Below are positions 47,957-56,559 of a stretch of 64,000 nt of DNA, piece by piece. The notes below the pieces were generated by a model. It was not told the origin of the DNA, did not search any database, and was given only the letters and a program-made list of their open reading frames with translations. Both the position numbers and the translations under genes were made by a program. Position 1 is the stretch's first letter. The number at the start of each line of letters is the position of its first letter. Origin of the DNA: Alphaproteobacteria bacterium (GTDB taxonomy: Bacteria > Pseudomonadota > Alphaproteobacteria > Sphingomonadales > JAKSBY01); assembly GCA_021774625.1 (NCBI GenBank), contig JAJFIV010000033.1, positions 20,732 to 84,731 on the forward strand, written 5' to 3'.

Positions 47957-48289
47957 ATGGAACGGATAATGCGAATTGTTGTGATTGTGCTGGGCGTCAT
48001 TCTTTTTGTCGGCTTTGTTTTTGTCATCGGCACCATTGCTTACCGCATTGCGAACCCGGACTGGAAGGATAAAAATACGACGGAAGCCGTTTCCGCCCCG
48101 CCGGGCGACCAAATATTGGCTGAAATGGTGGAAGTTGTGCGGCCAGGGGGGGCTGAACTGGTGGCGGCGACCGGAAGCGGCGATCTCCTTTATCTGCATT
48201 TCAGAAGCGGCGATGAAGGCGACCGGATCATTGTGGTCAGTCTTGCGACAGGGGCCGTGCGCGCCACCGTCGCCGTGCGCGATCCTTGA
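47957..48289 (+). CDS. Small N-terminally anchored membrane protein (hypothetical)
   Basis: 110 aa. TM helix IVVIVLGVILFVGFVFVIGTIAY. This is the 3' tail of ORF 47126..48289. The rest of that ORF is antisense to rluD. Confidence 0.5.
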   Translation: MERIMRIVVIVLGVILFVGFVFVIGTIAYRIANPDWKDKNTTEAVSAPPGDQILAEMVEVVRPGGAELVAATGSGDLLYLHFRSGDEGDRIIVVSLATGAVRATVAVRDP

Positions 48290-48696
48290 TCCGGCTCCCT
48301 GAAAAACTGCGGGAGAAGATTGAAAGGGAGGCGCTGGCGGCCTTGCCGCAAGAATGCTGCGGATTATTGGTCGGAGCGGATCTCGCTGTCACCCGGCTGG
48401 TTCCGAGCCCAAATCTGGCAAACGGCAATGACCGTTTTGAAATTGACCCCGGCCTGCATATCGGATGGCAGCGCAAACTGCGCGATGGCAAAGAACAGGT
48501 GATCGGACTATATCATTCCCATCCGACCGGTGAAGCGGCCCCATCGGACCGGGATCTTGAGGATGCCGCATATCCCGGCTGGATATGGCTCATCACCGGT
48601 CTGGGTGAGAAAAAAAAGCCGTTGACCAGAGCCTACCGGTTTTTCGATGATGTGGCGGGCAGACGGTTCGAGCAACAACAGATTGTGAGCGAGTAG
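48286..48696 (+). CDS. JAMM/MPN+ (Mov34) family metallopeptidase
   Basis: 136 aa. Motifs PQECCGLLVG and HSHPTGEAAPSDRD (JAMM motif). The TTG start overlaps the upstream stop (TTGA). Confidence 0.8.
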   Translation: MIRLPEKLREKIEREALAALPQECCGLLVGADLAVTRLVPSPNLANGNDRFEIDPGLHIGWQRKLRDGKEQVIGLYHSHPTGEAAPSDRDLEDAAYPGWIWLITGLGEKKKPLTRAYRFFDDVAGRRFEQQQIVSE

Positions 48697-48700
48697 GCGT

Positions 48701-48913
48701 ATGGCGTTAGGCACGGTCAAATGGTTCAATCGCAAAAAGGGCTATGGTTTTATTGTCCCCGATAACGGGGATAAGGATGTGTTCGTTCATATTTCCAGCC
48801 TGGAGCGGGCGGGGCTTGATTTTCTTGATGAAGGCGACAGAATAGAATTCGCCCTGTCACAGACCGGGGACGGCAAGATCGTGGCGTCGGAACTCCGGCG
48901 CGTGGAAAAGTGA
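48701..48913 (+). CDS. cspA: Cold-shock protein (CspA family)
   Basis: 70 aa. RNP motifs GTVKWFNRKKGYGFI and VFVHIS. Confidence 0.95.
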   Translation: MALGTVKWFNRKKGYGFIVPDNGDKDVFVHISSLERAGLDFLDEGDRIEFALSQTGDGKIVASELRRVEK

Positions 48914-48918
48914 TTCAA

Positions 48919-48951
48919 CTCACCCCGTACCCTCTCCTCCGAAGGGGGGGG
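48919..48951. repeat. Diverged single copy of the GC-rich unit seen at 23903-24008
   Basis: ctcaccccgtaccctctcctccgaagggggggg compared with ctcaccccggccctctcccccacggggagaggg. Lies between convergent cspA and the DUF1134-like gene. Confidence 0.4.
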
Positions 48952-48959
48952 CAAATATC

Positions 48960-49529
48960 CTAAAAGGGCAGGATTTTCCGTTTTTTGGTGTATTTGATCC
49001 AGCCGATATTGGCGCCTGCGCGCAGGCCGACCCCAAGGCGGATCGGCGCCAGGATCACATCGCCCCGCTGCTGGTAATTCACGCCAAAGCCGCCGATGAA
49101 ATAAAAGGTTCCCTCCACTTCCGGATAGCGGCGGTAAAGGTCTTCGGTGTCATACAGATTGTAAACAAGGGTAAAAACCCTGGCTGCGTTGCCGCCAACG
49201 TCAAAACCGACGGACGGGCCGGTCCAGTGAACCTCCCGTTTGCCTTCGATTTTGTGGATCAGTTCGCCATTACCGTATCTGAGACCCACCACGAAAGCGC
49301 CGGCGGCTTCATCGCCCATGATATAGCCGTTCGGCCGGCCGAGATCGGCAAAAATCTTTTCAATGACTTTGCCAAGCCCCTCGGCGCCGTCGCCAAAAAA
49401 GCCCTTTGCCTCTTCAAGCACGGTTTCCTGGTCATAGGTATCCTCTTCGCCCGGTTGCGGCTCTTCCAGAGCAGTGGCCGGGGCGGAAATCAACAAAAGA
49501 AAACCGAGAAATACAAAGACAGGTCGCAT
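48960..49529 (-). CDS. DUF1134-like secreted protein
   Basis: 189 aa with a signal peptide. Motif GYIMGDEAAGAFVVGLRYGNG. Family call is from memory. Confidence 0.6.
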   Translation of the reverse strand: MRPVFVFLGFLLLISAPATALEEPQPGEEDTYDQETVLEEAKGFFGDGAEGLGKVIEKIFADLGRPNGYIMGDEAAGAFVVGLRYGNGELIHKIEGKREVHWTGPSVGFDVGGNAARVFTLVYNLYDTEDLYRRYPEVEGTFYFIGGFGVNYQQRGDVILAPIRLGVGLRAGANIGWIKYTKKRKILPF

Positions 49530-49679
49530 GGAAGCTCTCTCCGGACTGGGGTTAACGGAATATCACTATGAACCGGTGATGGACAGCAATCAACCGCATC
49601 ATTATGGTTTCAATATGACACGGCATTATTTGTCATGCTAGCCTTCGCCGGCAGGGCAATGGACCAGGGAGCAGTTAAA

Positions 49680-51317
49680 ATGAAGGGGCTGATGCAGGAC
49701 CGGCCGTTACTGATTTCACATTTGATCGAACATGCTGCCACCTACCACGGGACATCGGAGATTGTCACCCTGGCGGTTGAAGGCGGTAAACACCGCTATA
49801 CTAATGCCGATTGCAGGATAAGATCGAAGAAAGTGGCCCAGGCCATGGAGCGGCTCGGCATGGGGATCGGCGACCGCATCGCGACCCTGGCGCTCAACAC
49901 CTACCGGCATGTGGAATTGTGGTATGGCATTGCCGGCATGGGCGCCGTGGCCCACACCATCAACCCACGCCTGTTCGCCGAACAGATCATTTTCATTGCC
50001 AATCATGCGGAAGACCGGATTCTGTTTCTTGATCTGCCCTTCATCCCCCTGATCGAAGCAGTGGCAGATCATTTAAAGACCATCGAACGGTATGTTATAC
50101 TCACCGATGACGCCCATATGCCGGAAACGCAGCTTGCCAATGCCGTCAGTTATGAATCCCTGATCGAAGCGGAAGATGGCGATTACCAATGGCCGGAATT
50201 TGACGAATGCACGGCGTCGGGCCTCTGTTACACATCCGGCACCACCGGTGATCCGAAAGGCGTGCTTTACAGCCACCGCTCCACAGTCTTGCACACCTTC
50301 GCCTGTGCGCTGACCGACACGCTTGCCATATCGGCGAAAGACACGGTGCTGCCGATTGTTCCCATGTTTCACGCCAGCGCCTGGGGCATTCCCTATGCCA
50401 CCTGTGCAACGGGCGCCAAACTGGTGATGCCGGGCCTGCACCATGACGGGGAAAGCCTGCAGAAACTGATCACCAGCGAAGGGGTGACCATGACTGCGGG
50501 CGTGCCGACCGTCTGGCTGATGCTGCTGAATTATCTGGAACAGTCCGGCACCGGGATTGGCTGCCTGGAACGGGTACTGATCGGCGGCGCCGCCGCCCCG
50601 GAAAGCATGATTGAGGCCTTCGAGAAAAAGCATGATGTCCGGGTTTTTCATGCCTGGGGCATGACGGAAATGAGCCCGCTCGGAACTGTCAATACGCCGG
50701 TCCGCGCGACCCTTGGACTTTCCGGGGAACAGCAAATCGCCCTGAAATCAAAACAGGGCCGCACCGTATATGGCGTTGAAATGAAAATTACCGATGACCA
50801 GGGCGCCGACCTGCCCTGGGACGGCAGGACCTTCGGCAATCTGAAGGTCCGGGGGTGGTGGGTTGCGCAGGCCTATTTCCGCGGCGCCGGCGGTTCGATC
50901 ACCGATGAGGATGGCTGGTTTGATACCGGCGACGTGGCGACCATAGACGAGCACGGTTTTATGCAGATCACCGACCGCTCGAAAGACGTCATTAAATCGG
51001 GCGGCGAGTGGATATCCTCCATCGAACTTGAAAGCGCCGCCATGGCGCACCTGGATGTGGCGGAAGCTGCGGTGATCGGCATTCCTCATCCCAAATGGGA
51101 TGAACGGCCCTTATTGGTCATTGTGCCCAAGGAAGGCGCAACGGTGACGAAGCAGGGGATGCTGGATTTTCTAGAGGACAAGGTGGCCAAATGGTGGCTG
51201 CCCGATGATGTTGCCTGTGTTACGGAACTGCCGCACACCGCCACCGGCAAAGTCCATAAAATGACACTGCGCAAACAGTTTAAGGATTATACGCTGCCAA
51301 CGGTGCGGGAGGGTTGA
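49680..51317 (+). CDS. Long-chain/medium-chain acyl-CoA ligase (AMP-binding family)
   Basis: AMP-binding motif [12 protein letters not shown], plus WFDTGDVA and a C-terminal GKVHK. ATG 49680. Confidence 0.9.
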   Translation: MKGLMQDRPLLISHLIEHAATYHGTSEIVTLAVEGGKHRYTNADCRIRSKKVAQAMERLGMGIGDRIATLALNTYRHVELWYGIAGMGAVAHTINPRLFAEQIIFIANHAEDRILFLDLPFIPLIEAVADHLKTIERYVILTDDAHMPETQLANAVSYESLIEAEDGDYQWPEFDECTASGLCYTSGTTGDPKGVLYSHRSTVLHTFACALTDTLAISAKDTVLPIVPMFHASAWGIPYATCATGAKLVMPGLHHDGESLQKLITSEGVTMTAGVPTVWLMLLNYLEQSGTGIGCLERVLIGGAAAPESMIEAFEKKHDVRVFHAWGMTEMSPLGTVNTPVRATLGLSGEQQIALKSKQGRTVYGVEMKITDDQGADLPWDGRTFGNLKVRGWWVAQAYFRGAGGSITDEDGWFDTGDVATIDEHGFMQITDRSKDVIKSGGEWISSIELESAAMAHLDVAEAAVIGIPHPKWDERPLLVIVPKEGATVTKQGMLDFLEDKVAKWWLPDDVACVTELPHTATGKVHKMTLRKQFKDYTLPTVREG

Positions 51318-51321
51318 GGTC

Positions 51322-52608
51322 ATGAATTTAAGCCGCCGACATTTTCTGGAAGGGGCCGGACTTGCCGGTCTGGCTGCCATCGCGCCGGATTTTGCAAAAG
51401 CAGGGCCGATGCCGGATACACCGGCGGATATTGCGCCCGATATTCATGCGAAAGATAGCGCTTATTGGGAGAAAATTGCCAGCCAATATCATGTGACGGA
51501 GCGGATCACCAATCTGGAAAACGGCTTCTGGGGCATCATGGCGAACCCTGTGCTGGCGGATTATCAACGTCAGATCGAACGGGTGAATGCGGAAAATTCC
51601 ATGTTCGCCCGCGGCGGCTATAATGAGGAAGAGGACGCGGTCCGCGCCCGCGTCGCGAAATCCCTTGGCGTTTCTACGGATGAAATCGCTTTGACCAGGG
51701 GGGCGACGGAGGCCCTGCAAAATCTGATTACCGGCTATAACCGGCTCAGGCCGGGTGATACGGTCATGTATGCCGATCTTGATTATCACAGCATGCAATA
51801 TTGCATGAACTGGCTGACCGAGCGCCGTGGCGTGAAAGTGGTGCGTTTTGCGATCCCCGAACCGGCAACCCGTGAGGCGGTTATCACCGCCTATCGGGAG
51901 GCGTTTGCGCAAAATCCCGGCGTTCGTCTGCTGCTTCTGACCCATCTTTCCAACCGCACCGGTCTCGTCATGCCGGTCAGCGAAATTGCCGCGGTTGCCC
52001 GTGAAAACGGCGCGGATGTGATTCTGGATGCCGCCCATTCCTGGGGGCAGTTTGAATTCAAGACCAAAGAACTGGGCGTCGATTTTACCGGGTTTAATCT
52101 TCATAAATGGATCGGCGCGCCGCTCGGTGTCGGCGCCATGTATATCCGCCGGGACCGGCTTTCGGATATTGACCTTTGCATGGCCGATGAAAACAATCCC
52201 GCGGATGATATCCGCTCCCGTGTTCATTCCGGCACCGCCAATTTCGCAGCCTATCTCACAGTGCCCTCAGCCCTTGATTTTCATGAAAGAATTGGTCCGG
52301 CATACAAGGAAGCCCGACTCAGATATCTCAGGAACCGCTGGGTGCACGCGCTTCGTGGCCATCCCGGTCTCGACATCCTGACCCCGGACGATCCCGCCAT
52401 GCATGCGGCCATTACGTCCTTCCGTCTCAAAGGCAAAACCGCCAAGGAAGACAATCAGGCCATTGTCCGCGCACTTGCGGAAGAACACAATATCTTCACG
52501 GTCTGGCGCACCGGCATTGCCGCCGGCGACTGCGTGCGGGTGACCCCGGCGCTTTATAACAGCGAGGCGGATATCGACCGGCTTGTGGCAGCGCTCCGTA
52601 CCTTCTAA
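51322..52608 (+). CDS. Class V aminotransferase-fold PLP enzyme with a twin-arginine signal
   Basis: 428 aa. N-terminus MNLSRRHFLEGAGLAGLAAIAPDFAKA. PLP-Lys region FNLHKWIGAP. Lies 4 nt after the ligase gene. Confidence 0.8.
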   Translation: MNLSRRHFLEGAGLAGLAAIAPDFAKAGPMPDTPADIAPDIHAKDSAYWEKIASQYHVTERITNLENGFWGIMANPVLADYQRQIERVNAENSMFARGGYNEEEDAVRARVAKSLGVSTDEIALTRGATEALQNLITGYNRLRPGDTVMYADLDYHSMQYCMNWLTERRGVKVVRFAIPEPATREAVITAYREAFAQNPGVRLLLLTHLSNRTGLVMPVSEIAAVARENGADVILDAAHSWGQFEFKTKELGVDFTGFNLHKWIGAPLGVGAMYIRRDRLSDIDLCMADENNPADDIRSRVHSGTANFAAYLTVPSALDFHERIGPAYKEARLRYLRNRWVHALRGHPGLDILTPDDPAMHAAITSFRLKGKTAKEDNQAIVRALAEEHNIFTVWRTGIAAGDCVRVTPALYNSEADIDRLVAALRTF

Positions 52609-52648
52609 TACGCCGCTCGCCCCGAGCCTCCGCAGCTGGCACACGGCT

Positions 52649-52768
52649 TTAAATGAATGAGGTCAGATACAGCAGGATATGGATCAGTCCATAGGCCGCC
52701 ATCCCGAAGAAGAAGGCGATCAGCACCGTTTTGAGATGGCCTTTAAGGGTATGCTTCTGCCGCATCAT
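52649..52768 (-). CDS. Possible 39-aa single-TM peptide (below the ORF-track cutoff)
   Basis: My own translation gives MMRQKHTLKGHLKTVLIAFFFGMAAYGLIHILLYLTSFI. The ATG overlaps the NUDIX stop (ATGA). No other support. Confidence 0.3.
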   Translation of the reverse strand: MMRQKHTLKGHLKTVLIAFFFGMAAYGLIHILLYLTSFI

Positions 52769-53199
52769 GCGGGCGGCCATTTTTTACGGGCGTGGCGGAT
52801 GACGCGGCGGGTTTCAGACCAGAGTTCATAGCCGTCCAATTCCGTCAATGCGACCCAGCGGGCATCGATAACGTCACCCCCCGCCCGGACGTCGCCGGAA
52901 ACCCAGCGGGCGGCATAATCAATCAGCGTATAGTGAAAACGAAAGCCTGCCGTCTCATCGCCATCGATAAAATCGATCACATCGACAAAGCCGAGAATTT
53001 CGATTGCGATGCCTGCTTCCTCCAGAACTTCCCGGCGAGCAGTCTCGGCGACCGTTTCCCCGAGCCGCTGGCGGCCGCCGGGGATGCTCCATTCATGGAT
53101 TTTAGGCGCTTTGCCGCGCTGAACAAGCAGCACGTCATCGCCATGAAGCACAATCGCGCCGACGCCAATCAGCGGTCTGTCTTTAGGATCGGGACTCAT
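52765..53199 (-). CDS. NUDIX hydrolase
   Basis: 144 aa. Nudix box GGRQRLGETVAETARREVLEEAGI. Confidence 0.85.
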   Translation of the reverse strand: MSPDPKDRPLIGVGAIVLHGDDVLLVQRGKAPKIHEWSIPGGRQRLGETVAETARREVLEEAGIAIEILGFVDVIDFIDGDETAGFRFHYTLIDYAARWVSGDVRAGGDVIDARWVALTELDGYELWSETRRVIRHARKKWPPA

Positions 53200-53261
53200 A
53201 TTGGTTTTCTCAATAAGATGGTTATGATGGGCTGTCCACTCCTAGAAACCGGGGAACCAAA

Positions 53262-53861
53262 ATGTTAATCAGAACAATGATCGTGATTGCCGCGGGGGTG
53301 ATCGTGTTGACGCCGCCAGCCTTCGCCCAGGACGCCACAGAGGATGCCGTAAAGGATGCGGTCAGGGACGCCATGGAATTTTATGACGCCGGCAACTATT
53401 CCGAAGCCGCGACGACGCTTGATTATGCATCCCAGATGATCCGCCAGATGAAAGGCGAGCAGGTCGGAGAGTTCCTGCCGGAGCCTCTTGACGGCTGGAC
53501 GGCGGAAGATACGGAAACCACGGCCGTGGGCGCTGCCATGTTTGGCGGAGGACTGGCTGCGGAACGGCGGTATGAAAATGGCGGCAGGTCCATCACAGTG
53601 CGTATCCTGGCTGATTCGCCGTTATTACAGTCCATGTCAATGATGATGACCAATCCGATGATCGTTTCCTCAACCGGCGCAAGGCTGGAAGTCATTGCCG
53701 GTCAACGGGCAATTGTGCGGCAGGACCGCGGCGATCTCAGCATTTCCAGCATCATCGCCAATCGCTACCTGATTCAGGTTGAAGGCGACCGCGTTGAAAA
53801 GGCGGATCTGGAAGCCTATTTCAAAGCCATTGATTTCAACGGCCTGAAGGCCATGCAATAG
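53262..53861 (+). CDS. Secreted hypothetical protein
   Basis: 199 aa. Signal peptide ending PPAFAQD. No recognisable family. Confidence 0.5.
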   Translation: MLIRTMIVIAAGVIVLTPPAFAQDATEDAVKDAVRDAMEFYDAGNYSEAATTLDYASQMIRQMKGEQVGEFLPEPLDGWTAEDTETTAVGAAMFGGGLAAERRYENGGRSITVRILADSPLLQSMSMMMTNPMIVSSTGARLEVIAGQRAIVRQDRGDLSISSIIANRYLIQVEGDRVEKADLEAYFKAIDFNGLKAMQ

Positions 53862-53882
53862 GCCGGAATTGGGGGCGAGCGC

Positions 53883-54593
53883 ATGTGCGGCCGGTTTTTT
53901 CTGAAAACGCCCTTGCAGGATATTTCCGCCCTGTTTGGCCTGCCCTTGAATGGCCGGCTGGCGCCGCGCTATAATATTGCCCCCGGCCAGCCCATCCTGG
54001 CGCTCCGCAAAAATGAGCGGGAAGAGCGGGAACTCAGTGTTTTGCAATGGGGGCTGGTGCCTGCCTGGCGCAAGGAAATGCCGGACAGACCGATGATCAA
54101 TGCCAGGATCGAGACGGTGCTGGAAAAGCCCTCCTTCCGCGCCGCCTATCGCCACCGCCGCTGCCTGATCCCGGCTTCAGGCTTTTTCGAATGGCGGGAC
54201 GGGCCAAGCCCCAAACAGCCCTATCTGATCCGGGTGAAGGACGCGCCGGTGGTCGCCTTCGCCGGCCTCTGGGAATGCTGGTCCGGCCCCGCAGGCGACA
54301 ACCTGCTGGAAGGCGCAGCCATTCTCACCAAGCCTGCCAACCCGGCCATCACCCACATCCATCACCGCATGCCGGTGATCCTGACCCCTGACGAATTTCC
54401 GCTCTGGATGGGGGACGACCTGCCTGACCCGGAAATAGTTTTTCATCTGCCGGGTTATCCTGATGCCGCCTTTGAAAGCTTTACGGTCAGCCGCCATGTC
54501 TCGAACGCGCGCCATGATGATCCGGGATGTATTGAACCTGCGGATACTGCGCCGGTTCAACAGCCTCCCCCGCGGCAGCCCGGCCTGTTTTAA
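53883..54593 (+). CDS. SOS-response-associated peptidase (SRAP/YedK family)
   Basis: 236 aa. Begins MCGRF (catalytic Cys2) and contains FFEW. Confidence 0.9.
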   Translation: MCGRFFLKTPLQDISALFGLPLNGRLAPRYNIAPGQPILALRKNEREERELSVLQWGLVPAWRKEMPDRPMINARIETVLEKPSFRAAYRHRRCLIPASGFFEWRDGPSPKQPYLIRVKDAPVVAFAGLWECWSGPAGDNLLEGAAILTKPANPAITHIHHRMPVILTPDEFPLWMGDDLPDPEIVFHLPGYPDAAFESFTVSRHVSNARHDDPGCIEPADTAPVQQPPPRQPGLF

Positions 54594-54976
54594 GGCTGGC
54601 CGGCTTCCTTTGCCTGCAAGCGGGCGAGTTGTAGTTCGACGCGCTTGATTTCCCGCATGATGCGGTTGGCTTCGCCGTGCGCGCCCATGGATCCTTTGAA
54701 AAAGATCGCCATTTTAAACAGAACCAGTGCACCAAAACCCCAGCGGATTGCCATAAGAGGATCGGTTGTTCCGAAAAACTGCCATACAGCGTAGACAAAA
54801 CCGGCAAATGCGCCGATGCCCAGTAGATATATCAGCCAGATCACCCAGGCCAGCGGGCCGCGGAAGATACTGATGGCCTGTGCGAAATATCCCGGCTCGT
54901 CACCGATCTTCGCCAAAAGCTCGCGTTCCTCATCATTCAGAGCCTCGCCGATTAACTGATCAAAATCCTTGGTCAT
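54590..54976 (-). CDS. Two-TM membrane protein downstream of the ECF sigma (possible anti-sigma partner)
   Basis: 128 aa. Overlaps the ECF sigma gene by 17 nt. No recognisable zinc anti-sigma motif. Confidence 0.5.
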   Translation of the reverse strand: MTKDFDQLIGEALNDEERELLAKIGDEPGYFAQAISIFRGPLAWVIWLIYLLGIGAFAGFVYAVWQFFGTTDPLMAIRWGFGALVLFKMAIFFKGSMGAHGEANRIMREIKRVELQLARLQAKEAGQP

Positions 54977-55529
54977 TTCTGTCTCCTTCTAAAATGGCGC
55001 GGAGTTTTTTCCGCGCGTGCATCAGGCGGGTCTTGACCGTGCCCGCCGGGACGTCGAGCGCGACGGCAATTTCCGCAACGCTGAATTCTTCCAGATAAAA
55101 CAGATCGATGGCGGCGCGCTGCTCACTGGAAAGCGTTGCAATGGCCGCTTTTACGGAACGCATATCGAGATTTGTTTCCGTAGGACTGGCGGCGCGCATC
55201 CCGGGGCCGGGGTCCTCCGTTGCCGCTTTTTTTATTTGCCGGTTTCGCTGCAGGCCGTTGATTGTCTTTGCGCAGCGCCGGCTGACAATGCGAAACGCCC
55301 AGGCCTGAAAAGCGGTATGATCCTTTAGACGGGGCAGGCCGCGCGCAATCTCCAGCCACGCATCCTGGACGGCATCTTTCGTCAGGTCCGCATCTCCCAG
55401 CAAACGAAAGGCATGACGCAAAAAACTGCGATGCCATCTGGCGAACAGCGGATTAAACGCGCCCGGCCCGCCGGCTGCGGCGTTTGCCACCAGATATTCA
55501 TCAAGAATGCGCCGTGGCGTCCGCTGCAT
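54960..55529 (-). CDS. ECF-type sigma-70 family factor
   Basis: 189 aa. Region 2 (AVQDAWLEIARGL) and region 4 HTH (FSVAEIAVALDVPAGTVKTRL). Confidence 0.85.
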   Translation of the reverse strand: MQRTPRRILDEYLVANAAAGGPGAFNPLFARWHRSFLRHAFRLLGDADLTKDAVQDAWLEIARGLPRLKDHTAFQAWAFRIVSRRCAKTINGLQRNRQIKKAATEDPGPGMRAASPTETNLDMRSVKAAIATLSSEQRAAIDLFYLEEFSVAEIAVALDVPAGTVKTRLMHARKKLRAILEGDRNDQGF

Positions 55530-55682
55530 TGGCTTCCCCTGCCCCTTGGTTTGTGCGTTTAGAGTATTAGGTGGCGCATTCTCGCATTCCGGTTCAATTT
55601 TCTCTCATTTTTTTGATACGCCTTGACAGATAGATTTGTTTTTATTATTTAACCAATAAATTAATTAATAAATGAGTAAAAT

Positions 55683-56006
55683 ATGGACCACCTCTCAACT
55701 GCCTATGCCGCCCTTGCCGATCCAACCCGGCGCGCCATCCTTGCCCGGCTTTCACTCGGCGAAACCACTGTCGGCGATCTGGCGCGGCCGTTTGAAATTT
55801 CAGCGCCCGCCATTTCCCGCCATTTAAAGGTTCTGGAAAAGGCAGGGCTGGTGGAACGCAGGGTGGAGGCCCAGTTCCGCCGCATCCGGCTGAACCCGGC
55901 GCGCCTGAAGGACGCCGAGGACTGGATCGCCGAACAGCGGCGTTTCTGGAATACGACCCTTGACAATCTCGAACACTATCTTGCCAACGAAAGGAGCAAA
56001 AAATGA
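55683..56006 (+). CDS. ArsR/SmtB-family transcriptional regulator
   Basis: 107 aa. Motifs ALADPTRRAILARL and ISRHLKVLEKAGLV. Confidence 0.85.
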   Translation: MDHLSTAYAALADPTRRAILARLSLGETTVGDLARPFEISAPAISRHLKVLEKAGLVERRVEAQFRRIRLNPARLKDAEDWIAEQRRFWNTTLDNLEHYLANERSKK

Positions 56007-56467
56007 GTGCCCAAACCGCTGTAAAAGTCGATAATACCAGCCTGGAAGTCAGCCGCACCATCCATGCCGCGCGCGAACGGGTCTTCGCCTGCTTTGTTGA
56101 AAAAGAACATTATCAGCACTGGGCCTGCCCGACCAGCGTGCACATTTCGGAATGCGATCTGGATGGCCGGGTCGGCGGCAAATTCCGCACCGTCATGACG
56201 TCACCGGAAGGCGAAAATTTCATTGTGGGCGGCGTCTTTCAGGAAATATCTCCGCCATCCCGGATCGTCTATACCTGGGCTTGGGAACAGGAAGACGGAT
56301 CCCCCGGCCATGAAAGCCTGGTGACGGTGACCCTTACAGCCCTCGGCAAGGACCGCACCCAGGTCAACATCCTGCATACGGGTCACGAAAACGAGGAAGC
56401 CGCAGTCAAACACGGTGAAGGCTGGCCGAGCTGTCTAGACAATATGGAAGGCTATCTGGGGCGCTGA
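56003..56467 (+). CDS. SRPBCC (Aha1/BPI-like) domain protein
   Basis: 154 aa. Overlaps the arsR-like stop, which is the common ArsR-SRPBCC pairing. Confidence 0.75.
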   Translation: MSAQTAVKVDNTSLEVSRTIHAARERVFACFVEKEHYQHWACPTSVHISECDLDGRVGGKFRTVMTSPEGENFIVGGVFQEISPPSRIVYTWAWEQEDGSPGHESLVTVTLTALGKDRTQVNILHTGHENEEAAVKHGEGWPSCLDNMEGYLGR

Positions 56468-56480
56468 AACGCTCATCACC

Positions 56481-56549
56481 GGCCCACTCCCCCTGCCCAA
56501 GCACCCGATAGGATACCATGAGCGGGTGGTTGGGCAGGGGGAGTGGGCC
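56481..56549. repeat. Long GC-rich palindrome (27-bp stem with one mismatch, 15-nt loop) in a convergent gap
   Basis: ggcccactccccctgcccaagcacccg (56481-56507) pairs with cgggtggttgggcagggggagtgggcc (56523-56549). Lies between the SRPBCC and ymdB-like stops. Confidence 0.7.
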
Positions 56550-56559
56550 AGCCAAGCAA

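Noticed and set aside
54960-55529. Considered whether this ECF sigma is the EcfG that would read the GGAAC-N16-CGTT motifs
   Set aside because: There are no adjacent nepR/phyR-like genes. The downstream partner is a two-TM protein, unlike NepR. It is probably a different ECF group, and this cannot be decided from sequence by eye.
55600-55682. AT-rich, partly palindromic stretch (TTTATTATTTAACCAATAAATTAATTAATAAATG) considered as an ArsR operator
   Set aside because: It contains only short imperfect symmetry (TTAATTAA core). This cannot be distinguished from a generic AT-rich promoter without binding data.
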